This document shows, piece after piece, positions 1 to 8,183 of a stretch of 25,540 bases of DNA (position 1 is its first letter; every line of letters starts with the position of its first letter). Source of the DNA: Oscillatoriales cyanobacterium (lineage in GTDB: Bacteria > Cyanobacteriota > Cyanobacteriia > Cyanobacteriales > Microcoleaceae). The stretch is from assembly GCA_004293365.1 (NCBI GenBank), contig RDYN01000124.1, forward strand, positions 1 to 25,540, given 5' to 3'. The translations under genes were made by a program, and so were the position numbers. Under the pieces are notes generated by a model, which made no database searches, was not told the origin of the DNA, and saw nothing but the letters and a program-made list of their open reading frames with translations.

Positions 1-1
1 G

Positions 2-520
2 GCTTTCACAAAAATTCAACTCTCTTTAGAACGACCGAGAACAGTATGGGTAGCAATTCAATTCGTAGAATTATCAAAATGCACGGGTAAGAAAGTAATA
101 GCCATCGTCATGAATGCAGATACTTTCGATACCGCCACTGAAATAGATTATTTGATGAGTAATGTTGACTTATCAACAGCGACCGAGGAGTGGATAGTAA
201 AAACTTATTCAAAAAGAAATTGGGTTGAAGTTTTCTATCGGGAAGCCAAGGGATGGTTGGGATTAAATGAATATCAAGTCAGAGATGAAACCAGCCTAAA
301 AAGACATTTCATTCTGGTGTTTTGTGCCTACACTTTCATCCTCTGGCATACCTTAACAGGAGGATTAAGGCGTACATGGGCAAACAAACCTTTAAACACT
401 TTTACTCAGGCACTCGAAGCATTTCGGACAGCCATATCTTTTAGGTTTGTCAAATGGTTGAACCAAAATTGGGACCTATTATCCGCTTATAAAGCCAGTT
501 TAGGCCTTGTTTGGGCTTAA
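2..520 (+). CDS. IS4/IS701-type DDE transposase, C-terminal fragment (5' end lies outside the window)
   Basis: The frame is open from nt 2, upstream of the listed Met at 110. It contains the Y(2)R(3)E(6)K signature (YSKRNWVEVFYREAK) typical of the third catalytic region of IS4-type transposases, followed by a GWLGLNEYQVR motif. Confidence 0.7.
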   Translation, partial: AFTKIQLSLERPRTVWVAIQFVELSKCTGKKVIAIVMNADTFDTATEIDYLMSNVDLSTATEEWIVKTYSKRNWVEVFYREAKGWLGLNEYQVRDETSLKRHFILVFCAYTFILWHTLTGGLRRTWANKPLNTFTQALEAFRTAISFRFVKWLNQNWDLLSAYKASLGLVWA

Positions 521-1272
521 AATTTGTTTAAGTCCCGCTAAGTAAGTGCATCCCAGTCGCGCTTTACCGTCACGCCCCGTATCATGCCCTGTGTGCCGAT
601 GTCTTTGAAGCCTAGGGAAAAGCTCACACAACCTGCGGGACAACTGATTGCTAGCTTTGACAGGGTTATCCCGTTTATTCGATAACTCACGCCATATCAA
701 CTTCTCTTTGCCTTTGACAGTCTCAACCTTTAGCACCCCAGTCTTGATGTACCAGTCCTGCAACTGTTGCCAGAGGTCGGAAACGTAAGCTTGACCGTCG
801 GGCTGAGGTTCTAAGCCGGCTTCGCGCATAAATTCCAGTAAGTGACTGGTACTGCGCGGTGTCCACTTGGGCTGTTTTTTCTCTTTGGCTTTGCCTTTAC
901 TGAGGTTAGCTAGGGCTGCTGTCAGTAATTTTTGCTGTTCTTTGAGGGCTTGAGACTGTTCGTTGATGGTTTGAGCTTGGATTTTAGCCAGCTCTATCAT
1001 CTGAGCGATGTCGGTTTGTGACTGGGAATCGCTTGTGTCAGACGGTTCTGCGGTTTGGGCAACATCTAGCAGTACGTTTCTGACTTGCTTGGCTACTTGG
1101 GAGTCTCTCAGAAGCATTCCTAACCGCAGTGCAGCGCGGGGTGTCCAAATTGTAATTTTGTCGGTGTTAGGAGCTAGGTTCATTATGAACTTCACTTCTT
1201 TTAAAGCTTTGCCTCGCAAAACCGTCAATCCATCTGATTCGAGCTCGTCTAGGTGACGCTTTAGAACTGTTA

Positions 1273-2459
1273 AGCTGCTACGCAGCTAACCGGATAAAAT
1301 AGCATTGCCTTTATTTTTTATTTTTCGCTCCCATTTGATAACCATTTCTCGTTCATTTAATAATCTATGTAGTAATTCTGACAATTCTTCTACTGACTTA
1401 AACAGTCGATGTGCTATATATTCTTTCGCTGAATGCCAGACCAATTCAATCAAATTATAATCGGGGCTGTAAGGTGGCAAAAATTCTAAAATAATATGAG
1501 GCATTTCGGCTGATATTTGGTTCAGAATATCTTTCTTTTTATGAAAACTAGCATGGTCTAAAATAATTACAATCTTTATTCCTGATTCGGCAAAACTTTC
1601 AGCTTGATTACCCAGTTCTCTCCCTTCTTGAACAATCGAATCATTTAAGGCCTTAATTTGCTCATAAAACCTATTGGAGTCTCCTTTTTTTATGACAAAA
1701 TTTAACCTTTTTTTGTCATGATATCTCAATCCACCCATGATATTTACTCTGCCTCTTCTCCTTTGACCTGTGATTTTTTTGCGACTAGCTTTTTTACCCC
1801 AATTTTTTCTTGTTATCACTCGTAAGCTAAATCCACTTTCGTCCCAAAACCATACCTGTAAAAGCTCTGGGGTTTGTTTTGTTATTTTTAAATACTCGGA
1901 TAGCTTCTGTTTAAATACTTCTCTTTCAACGGGATTTTGTTTGTCCTCTAAACTATATTTAGCCCAAATGTAAACGTATTTTTTTTATGTAGTATTCTGG
2001 ATATTTGGGAACCACTCAATTTGATTGCTGTGACTTTTTCTAAATATGTTGCTAGTCTGGCTGCCGTCCATCTCCCAAATTCCTATCCATATTCTGCCGG
2101 TTCTTTATCGATTGTATCTATCAATATTTTTTCATACTCTGGAGTGACTTTGCGAAAATTACCTTGGCTTCTTTTATCTAAAAAACTATCCAAATTATCT
2201 GGGTCGCCATGAACTGACCAATAAGCTACTGTTGTGTAAGCAATCTCCATAAATTCACTGATTTCTCGATAACTTTTTCCGTCATTTATTAGCAATAAGA
2301 TTAGAACTTTTTCCCTCACATAATTATCATCAGACTCTTTTAATAGTTTAATGAGTCTCTGTTTTTGATTTTGAGATAGATGGTTTTTGGCTGGCATACA
2401 TTATAACTAATGATCGCTTATCTTATATTTATATTATACAATCTAGCTGCGTATCAGCT
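1273..2459 (-). mobile_element. IS630/Tc1-mariner family insertion sequence (1187 bp) with a TA target-site duplication
   Basis: The terminal inverted repeats are AGCTGCTACGCAGCTA (1273-1288) and the reverse complement of 2444-2459, AGCTGATACGCAGCTA (15/16 match). TA flanks both ends at 1271-1272 and 2460-2461. The interior encodes HTH plus DDE_3-type transposase segments. Confidence 0.85.
1286..2397 (-). pseudogene. IS630-family transposase interrupted by an in-frame TAG and a frame change at an A8 run
   Basis: The N-terminal HTH ORF (2083..2397) ends ...EPAEYG then TAG (2083-2085). The same frame continues EFGRWTAARLATYLEKVTAIKLSGSQISRILHKK to an A8 run (1979-1986). The -1 frame then continues KYVYIWAKYSLEDKQ...WFWDESGF into the DDE ORF 1286..1819 (ILDHASFHKK...PPYSPDYNLIE). 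Confidence 0.8.
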
Positions 2460-2924
2460 TAGCAGCGTTTCAGCCGGCACTTCATAATACTCAGCCATCT
2501 CCTGAGTAGTAGCAGCGCCAGTCCCTTGCCACAACGCAAACACTAAAGCCTTAGCCTTGCTGAGTACGTCCGATGCAGCTTCATGGGTGACTTGAGTCAA
2601 CTGCCCGTCGCGGGCTGTTTTAGATTCCAGTAAAACTTCAGGTGCAATCATTTCCGACCCCCAAAGGTATGTATCCAATACATACCAATAGCAAGTTCGC
2701 TAATGTCGGAAAACATTAAGTGTTGCGATCGTCCGCAAGGACAATCGTCTAAAAATGTCATAATTATTCGGCTCCAAACGTTGTCATGTAACGGTTTGGG
2801 GCAGTCGTGACTTGGTTAGCGGGGTCAATCGCTAGTCAGTCGCGCATCAATCTTCCTTAGTTACTCACGATTACAGGTTTGCAGCCACTTGTCAACAGGT
2901 GCGACTGTAAAGTTTTGTTTCAAA

Positions 2925-4358
2925 TTATTCGGCAAGCAACTCCATCACTTCATCGGACGTAATGCCGTAGATAGCGGCTAGCAGTTTGATATTTTTCACA
3001 TCGCTACCTAACTGCTTAAGAACCTGAATTGCACTCCCTAAAGGAATAGCTTCCTTTGTGGATTGAGTTAACAAATCAATTGTTGTCTCAGTGTTGGCGC
3101 GACGCTTGTAAACAGTTTCATTCATCTGTGGTGAATGCCCCAGACTTTTAGCTCTTGTTTCTTGAGACATCCCCGCCATTTGACCGCTGAGATTAGCTAG
3201 ATGGCGTAAAGCGTGGGTTTGAGTAAAACCTTTATTCCACCTTCTTAAGATATTTTGGGCGCGGTCACTATACAGTCCAGCAATTGTTTTCGGATTGGTT
3301 GATAGTGTTCCAATCTCAGGCAATTTGCCAGACTTAATTTCTAGGCCCTCTATCAAGTCAGGATGAGTAGGGGGAAGCATCGGCACACACAGTCGGTAGC
3401 CAGTTTTGGTCGTCGTGTCGAGTAATGTCTTGTCACCAACTACAGCAATCATCTTTATGTTGTTTGGCTCAATCAGTGCCGGGATAATAACGCCATCCTT
3501 TGTTTTAAAAGGTTTGTCAATGTTCTGAACAGCAAACACTTCGTGAACCCGAAAACCTTACACCATCTGCATTGAGAATACCCACAGCCACCGTTTGCGT
3601 GATTCCAGATGGTATCGCTTATCACCTGAGACACTGAGAACCTGAATGCGAAGTTTGAGAAAATCATCTACTGATAAGGTTTGCAGGTATTCTCGAAATT
3701 CTGTTTGGGTACCGTCAATTTCTTTAAGTCTACATAACAACTCAGTATCGCCAATAGTCTCAGCTAGTTTTTTCATAGCAGACAGGCAGTTCTTAAAGCA
3801 TTTGGTTCCTTGCTTCTTGACGTGGACGACCGACAAAACATCTACTGAGTTTATAATCGCCTCCCTGGGCAACAGTTTGAAATATTGTCCGTAAACACAC
3901 CCCCAGGAGCTTTGATGGCTAGCATTATTCTTGTCACGTTGTTGACGGCGTTTAGTGCGTCCTTCCCAGTATTCTTTCTCTACTTTTGCTATCGCCTCAC
4001 CCAACGTCATCAAATCATTTTTGATGACGTTTTTATCCAAAATAACATCATCATACCAGGCTAAAAATCGGCTCTCACTAGAGAATGATTGCAAAGCGCT
4101 AGCAACTAGATGAGCTTTCCTCAGAGCGTCAGTGATGCCCTGCATCGTCAGGTAGCACCCACAGGTTCTGTTGACCCGCTTGTCACCTAACTTGAATTGC
4201 AGCGTTATGTAACCACCACTAGCTTTCCTGTCTCTTTTTAGCCCTACGCCCTTGGGACATTCTTTCTGTGCTTGTTGGAAATAGTCTAGAATCCGCTCGT
4301 AGCAAACAAGGTAGTCTGCGCTGGTACTTACTGTGACAGGATTAGATTTTTCGCTCAT
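2925..4358 (-). pseudogene. Tyrosine recombinase/integrase (XisA/XisC-like subtype), about 471 codons, with a single in-frame TAA
   Basis: ORFs 3558..4358 and 2925..3539 share one frame and are separated only by TAA at 3558-3560 (WLWVFSMQMV*GFRVHEVFAVQN). Catalytic motifs are present: (Y)GFRxxE, HALRH, LGHS...VYKRR. The N-terminal GGYITLQFKLG resembles the XisA-type pattern as I recall it. Confidence 0.75.
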
Positions 4359-4536
4359 CTTTCGCTCCCTACTCTGATAGTGCTGAGTTTGACTGATGCA
4401 CTCAGCCTACAGCAAGCCGCTCAGTGTTCGCTCAAATCAAAAACAGGACTTTCAGAGTGGGTGCAAAAAATGGCTAGAACGACGGAAACTCCTGATTCAA
4501 GAGCGAAGTTTTGATTTAAATCCCTCCGTGCTCACT

Positions 4537-4568
4537 AAAATTAATCAAAAGATCGATCGCGAACGATC
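4537..4568. terminator. Bidirectional rho-independent terminator downstream of kaiC
   Basis: AAAA-GATCGATCG-CGAA-CGATCGATC-TTTTTT. It has a perfect 9-bp stem and a 4-nt loop, with an A-run on one side and a T-run on the other. It lies about 100 nt past the kaiC stop. Confidence 0.8.
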
Positions 4569-4666
4569 GATCTTTTTTACGATCAATGGTAAAGGAGTTC
4601 TGGCTGTGCGGGCGATTTCAGAACACAGCAGCGCGCACCGCGCACCCTACAACAGACTGCTGACTA

Positions 4667-6244
4667 TCACATATCGTCCTCGTCTTGACCTTGCACGCCC
4701 TGGAGAATCCGCGATAACTCACTCTTCTCATTAACCGAAATTCGAGTTGGAGAACCGCTGATTACCCGTTCGTAGCCGCGGAAGGAATCTTTAATTTGCG
4801 GGCCTCTTTCAGTAATCGTGTATTCTCGAATTCCTTTGTCGTGCCACGAACCGCGCATTTTAAACACATTAATTGCCCGCGACATTTCGCCTCGAATCTC
4901 TACATACTGAAGCATGATAATCGTGTCAGTAATTGTAGAAATATGAGAGTCAGTAATCGAATGAGAACCCATAAACTGGTCGCTGGTATTCGTAAAAAAG
5001 CCGGTGATTTCTTCCTGCTTCGCAAAACCTGTCACCCCAATCACAAATTGCCTGAAAGCATTATTGCTGACACCCCTAGCTAGGGCTGACAGCGAGTCGA
5101 TCGCAATTCGAGAAGGTTTGAATTCAGCAATTTCTGATTTAATCGTCTGCAAATGGTCTTCCAAGCCCGCAGATTCCGGGTAAGTACACAGCAGTTTCAG
5201 CAGTCCTTTGTGTTCCATTTCCTCAAAATCAATGCCCCAAGAATAAGCATTGCGGAACAACTGAGCCCGCGATTCTTCATAGGCAAAAAGTAGTGCCCGA
5301 TTGCCGTTCGTACAAGCATTCTGCAAAAACTTGCTTACCAACAGAGTTTTTCCGGTTCCCGTCGCACCGGTAGCCAAAATAATCGAGTCTTTAAAGAAAC
5401 CGCCGCCGCACATCTCGTCGAGAGTTTTATCGCCGGAAGAAACCCGCACGTTAGAAGATTTTTGAGTTAATCGCATCGCACCCAAGGGGAAAATATTAAT
5501 GCCATCATTGGTCATAGTAAAAGGATATTCACCCTTCATGTGAGTTGTGCCGCGCAACTTCAAAATTTCGATGGTGCGGCGGCGGCGTTCCCCTTCCAAG
5601 ACGTTGCGAACAATCACTACATTATCCGACACAAACTCTTCCACTCCAAACCGCGCCACCGGGCCGTATTCTTCAACCCGTTCGGTAGTCATAACTGTAG
5701 TTGCGCCTACTTGTTTGAGGCGTGCAACTAAGCGAAAGATTTCTCGTCGCACCACAGATGCAGCTTCGTACTGCTGAAATACGGCTGTCACTGAATCTAT
5801 AGAAACGCGCTTGGCTTTGTATTTGCGAATGGCGTACTGAATTCGCTCGATTAAAGCAGATAAATCAAAGTTTCCCACAATATCCTGACCTTCGGGGTCG
5901 GGGGAAGCGTCTAAAATAAATAGCTTGCCTTCCTCGATTAGCCGTGCTAAATCCCAGCCGAAACTGCAAGCATTTTTAATAATATCTGTCGGAGATTCTT
6001 CAAAAGTTACGAGCACTCCCGGTTCGTCAAAATGAGTGATTCCGTTATATATAAATTGTACGGCAAATAAAGTTTTTCCCGTTCCTGACGTGCCGCTGAC
6101 TAGGGTGGTTCTACCGATCGGCATTCCGCCGTGACTGATGTCATCGAAACCCTCAATCATTGTGCGAATTTTTTCAACGCCTGCCGTTACCAATCCTTGT
6201 GGTTGCACCGTTTGACTAATTTCATTCATGTCGATTTTTGTCAA
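4667..6244 (-). CDS. kaiC: Circadian clock protein KaiC (double RecA-like ATPase / autokinase)
   Basis: There are two Walker A motifs (GTSGTGKT, GATGTGKT) and the phosphosite segment DSHISTITD. Long stretches are near-identical to Synechococcus elongatus KaiC as recalled (RTMIEGFDDISHGG, EILKLRGTTHMKGEYPF, VFKMRGSWHDK). The listed start is TTG at 6244; an alternative ATG is at 6229. Confidence 0.97.
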   Translation of the reverse strand: MTKIDMNEISQTVQPQGLVTAGVEKIRTMIEGFDDISHGGMPIGRTTLVSGTSGTGKTLFAVQFIYNGITHFDEPGVLVTFEESPTDIIKNACSFGWDLARLIEEGKLFILDASPDPEGQDIVGNFDLSALIERIQYAIRKYKAKRVSIDSVTAVFQQYEAASVVRREIFRLVARLKQVGATTVMTTERVEEYGPVARFGVEEFVSDNVVIVRNVLEGERRRRTIEILKLRGTTHMKGEYPFTMTNDGINIFPLGAMRLTQKSSNVRVSSGDKTLDEMCGGGFFKDSIILATGATGTGKTLLVSKFLQNACTNGNRALLFAYEESRAQLFRNAYSWGIDFEEMEHKGLLKLLCTYPESAGLEDHLQTIKSEIAEFKPSRIAIDSLSALARGVSNNAFRQFVIGVTGFAKQEEITGFFTNTSDQFMGSHSITDSHISTITDTIIMLQYVEIRGEMSRAINVFKMRGSWHDKGIREYTITERGPQIKDSFRGYERVISGSPTRISVNEKSELSRILQGVQGQDEDDM

Positions 6245-6374
6245 CTCTCAGTATTCTTTAGTTGTCACTCATTAACCCCCAGCTCATGAGTCTTTATACC
6301 CAGTTTTTAGTTTGGGCTTGGGCTCAATAACTAATGACTGCTGACTGCCGATCAATGACTGTCTTCTGATTATC

Positions 6375-6689
6375 TTATGAATTCAGGTCTTCTTCGCGAA
6401 GTTCTTCATAGAGCAAATCTAATCCTATCAGAACTTTCTCGCGATCGGACAAATCGCCGATAATTTTTCGCACCGGCGGCGGCAGGATTTTCGCTAGGGT
6501 GGGGGTTGCTAGAATTTTGTCCTCTTCTGCTAGCTGAGGATTTTTGAGAACGTCTATGACTTTCAGGGCATAGACTCCTTGAAATTCCTGTTCTAGGATG
6601 TCTTTTAGGGTTTTCAAAGCTCGCACTGAGTTTGGAGTATTTCCAGCAACGTACAGCTTCAGAATGTAGGTTTTCTTCAGAGGAGTCAT
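6375..6689 (-). CDS. kaiB: Circadian clock protein KaiB
   Basis: A 104-aa thioredoxin-like protein: [26 protein letters not shown]...[33 protein letters not shown]. It sits directly upstream of kaiC. Confidence 0.96.
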   Translation of the reverse strand: MTPLKKTYILKLYVAGNTPNSVRALKTLKDILEQEFQGVYALKVIDVLKNPQLAEEDKILATPTLAKILPPPVRKIIGDLSDREKVLIGLDLLYEELREEDLNS

Positions 6690-6849
6690 GAACTTTTTTA
6701 AATGTTGAGTATTAGTTGTCAGATGTTAGTTGTAGTTGTTATTGGTCTTGAATCCGCTGTTCTTTGTTATTTTATAATAATTTCAGCCTTGGTCTAGCCC
6801 TGCGGTTTGTGTTCTCCTTTCTTTTTTGTGGATTTTTACCTTCTACCTT

Positions 6850-7866
6850 TTATCTTTTACCTTGAGATGTCTCTTTGGGAATCGATCGCCTGTACATCTC
6901 GCACAGATGAGCGATGGCGTCAATCAGAGTCAAGCGGTAATCGAGCAATATCTCCTCGCTGCGGCCTTCTAATTTTAGCTGTTTAGCAAATTCGTCCATC
7001 AATTCCATGTGAATCTCTACAATTTGAGTCACGGGAACGTCTGCAAAAAAAGCCAAATTTACAAATTCATCGATTTGATTGTTGACTGCGGTATCTTCAG
7101 AAAAATAATGCAAAACGATGTCGCGATAACTTAATTTGAGTTGCTCCAAAAACTTTTGCTTCTCTTCTCCCGAAAGATTTCGCAAAAAAATCTGAGAATT
7201 TCTTTTATAATACACGCCTAAGTATCCTAATCGCTCCCGTAATTTTTCCGCAAGTCGGCGCTGCTGTCGTTGGAGTAAACTTTGAGCAGTCAATTGGGCC
7301 GTGGCATCGACCCTTGCGGATTGGTCATTGACAGGAACCGGAGTTGAAAGTTTCAGAAATTGTGCGATCGCCCGATCGATACTTGCACCTAGGTAGCTCG
7401 ATCTCGCGATTGATAGTTGCACCTCAGCCGGGTGATAAAAAAAAGCACAACTTTGCTTTTGACTCTTCTCGGCGGTAGTCGCCGCGCCCTCCAAAGCATC
7501 TGGAGGTGGTGCTTCAGGGCTGCCATCCCCTGCCGGCTGGGGCAAAAAAATCACAGCAGGCAAAAAGAGCGATCGTTCTTGCAGCTTGCCCAGAAGCAAT
7601 TGCAAATCCCTATCTACGTCAAACACCAAACAATCGAGGTGGTAATTGTGTTTGAGGAATCCCAAAAACTCCACCGCCGACTTAATGTGGGTTAACGTGT
7701 AGCGTTCGCCGCTCAAAAGCTCGATCGCATCGCTGGCAATTTTTTCAGAGCGGATAAAAATACCTATCGACAGTTGGGGCAGCAAACCTGTAGGTGAATT
7801 ACCCAAGTTGCCCGAAAGTGCTGGATCGCTCAGAGTTGATATCTCCTTATATAAAATACTTAACAT
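6850..7866 (-). CDS. kaiA: Circadian clock protein KaiA (long form, 338 aa)
   Basis: The C-terminal domain closely matches recalled S. elongatus KaiA (LAEKLRERLGYLGVYYKR...FFADVPVTQIVEIHMELMDEFAKQLKLEGRSEEILLDYRLTLIDAIAHLCEMYRRSIP). The N-terminal pseudo-receiver is recognisable (LSIGIFIRSE...LDCLVF). Confidence 0.93.
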   Translation of the reverse strand: MLSILYKEISTLSDPALSGNLGNSPTGLLPQLSIGIFIRSEKIASDAIELLSGERYTLTHIKSAVEFLGFLKHNYHLDCLVFDVDRDLQLLLGKLQERSLFLPAVIFLPQPAGDGSPEAPPPDALEGAATTAEKSQKQSCAFFYHPAEVQLSIARSSYLGASIDRAIAQFLKLSTPVPVNDQSARVDATAQLTAQSLLQRQQRRLAEKLRERLGYLGVYYKRNSQIFLRNLSGEEKQKFLEQLKLSYRDIVLHYFSEDTAVNNQIDEFVNLAFFADVPVTQIVEIHMELMDEFAKQLKLEGRSEEILLDYRLTLIDAIAHLCEMYRRSIPKETSQGKR

Positions 7867-8183
7867 TTTAACAAATCTTTAAACATCTATTGTAACCAAT
7901 CTTAACTGCCTAATAGGCGATCGGCTTATAGCAGCGGGATCGTCAAAGTGTACTTATTGGCAGATGTGTCAAGCACCCCCATCCTGATTTCTGCAATTAA
8001 GCTTAAGCCTTAAAATAATTGGTAGTTGCCTCAAATCAGGTGCAGGCATCAAATTCGGAGGTCTCGGTGCAGTTCTGGGGATCGATCGAGAACTGGTATA
8101 AAACTAATAAGATACAAAAAATCCGCAGCTACATTGGGTCTCAAAAATATTACTGCTATAGATAGCAGACTCTCAGGTTTGTT

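Larger units (their letters stand above)
500..2678 (-). pseudogene. Phage/plasmid-like gene split by an IS630 insertion. The N-terminus looks like an ORF6N/KilA-N-type antirepressor and the C-terminus resembles the C-terminal region of P4-type primases.
   Basis: ORFs 2454..2678 and 500..1228 are in different frames as they stand. Deleting 1273..2459 plus one TA copy joins them in frame (...VPAETLL-TVLKRHLDELESDGLTVLRGKAL...) into a 329-codon ORF. The domain calls come from weak motif resemblance only (TPRAALRLGMLLRDSQVAKQVRN; AYVSDLWQQLQDWY...YLAGLK). Confidence 0.6.

Noticed and set aside
1770-2212. Plus-strand ORFs at 1770..1973 and 2021..2212.
   Set aside because: They lie antisense to the IS630 transposase, whose three frame segments account for the sequence.
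2648-2761. 37-codon ORF (MTFLDDCPCGRSQHL...) whose TGA overlaps a candidate ATG (2651) of the interrupted phage-like gene.
   Set aside because: The ATGA overlap is suggestive of coupling. However, the peptide has no recognisable features, and the downstream gene may instead start at 2678.
2679-4666. Searched for a tRNA or tmRNA gene serving as the integrase attachment site.
   Set aside because: I could not find a cloverleaf-compatible sequence by eye on either side of the recombinase. The element boundaries remain undefined.
4396-4734. 112-aa ORF on the plus strand between the recombinase and kaiC.
   Set aside because: It runs through the terminator hairpin and into the antisense of the kaiC 3' end. 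It has no recognisable motifs and a low-complexity composition.
6245-6849. Heptamer-like repeats in the kaiB-kaiC spacer (TGACTGC TGACTGC) and the kaiB leader (TTAGTTG variants).
   Set aside because: There are only 2-3 imperfect units each. That is too degenerate to call a repeat feature or to assign a regulatory role without comparative data.
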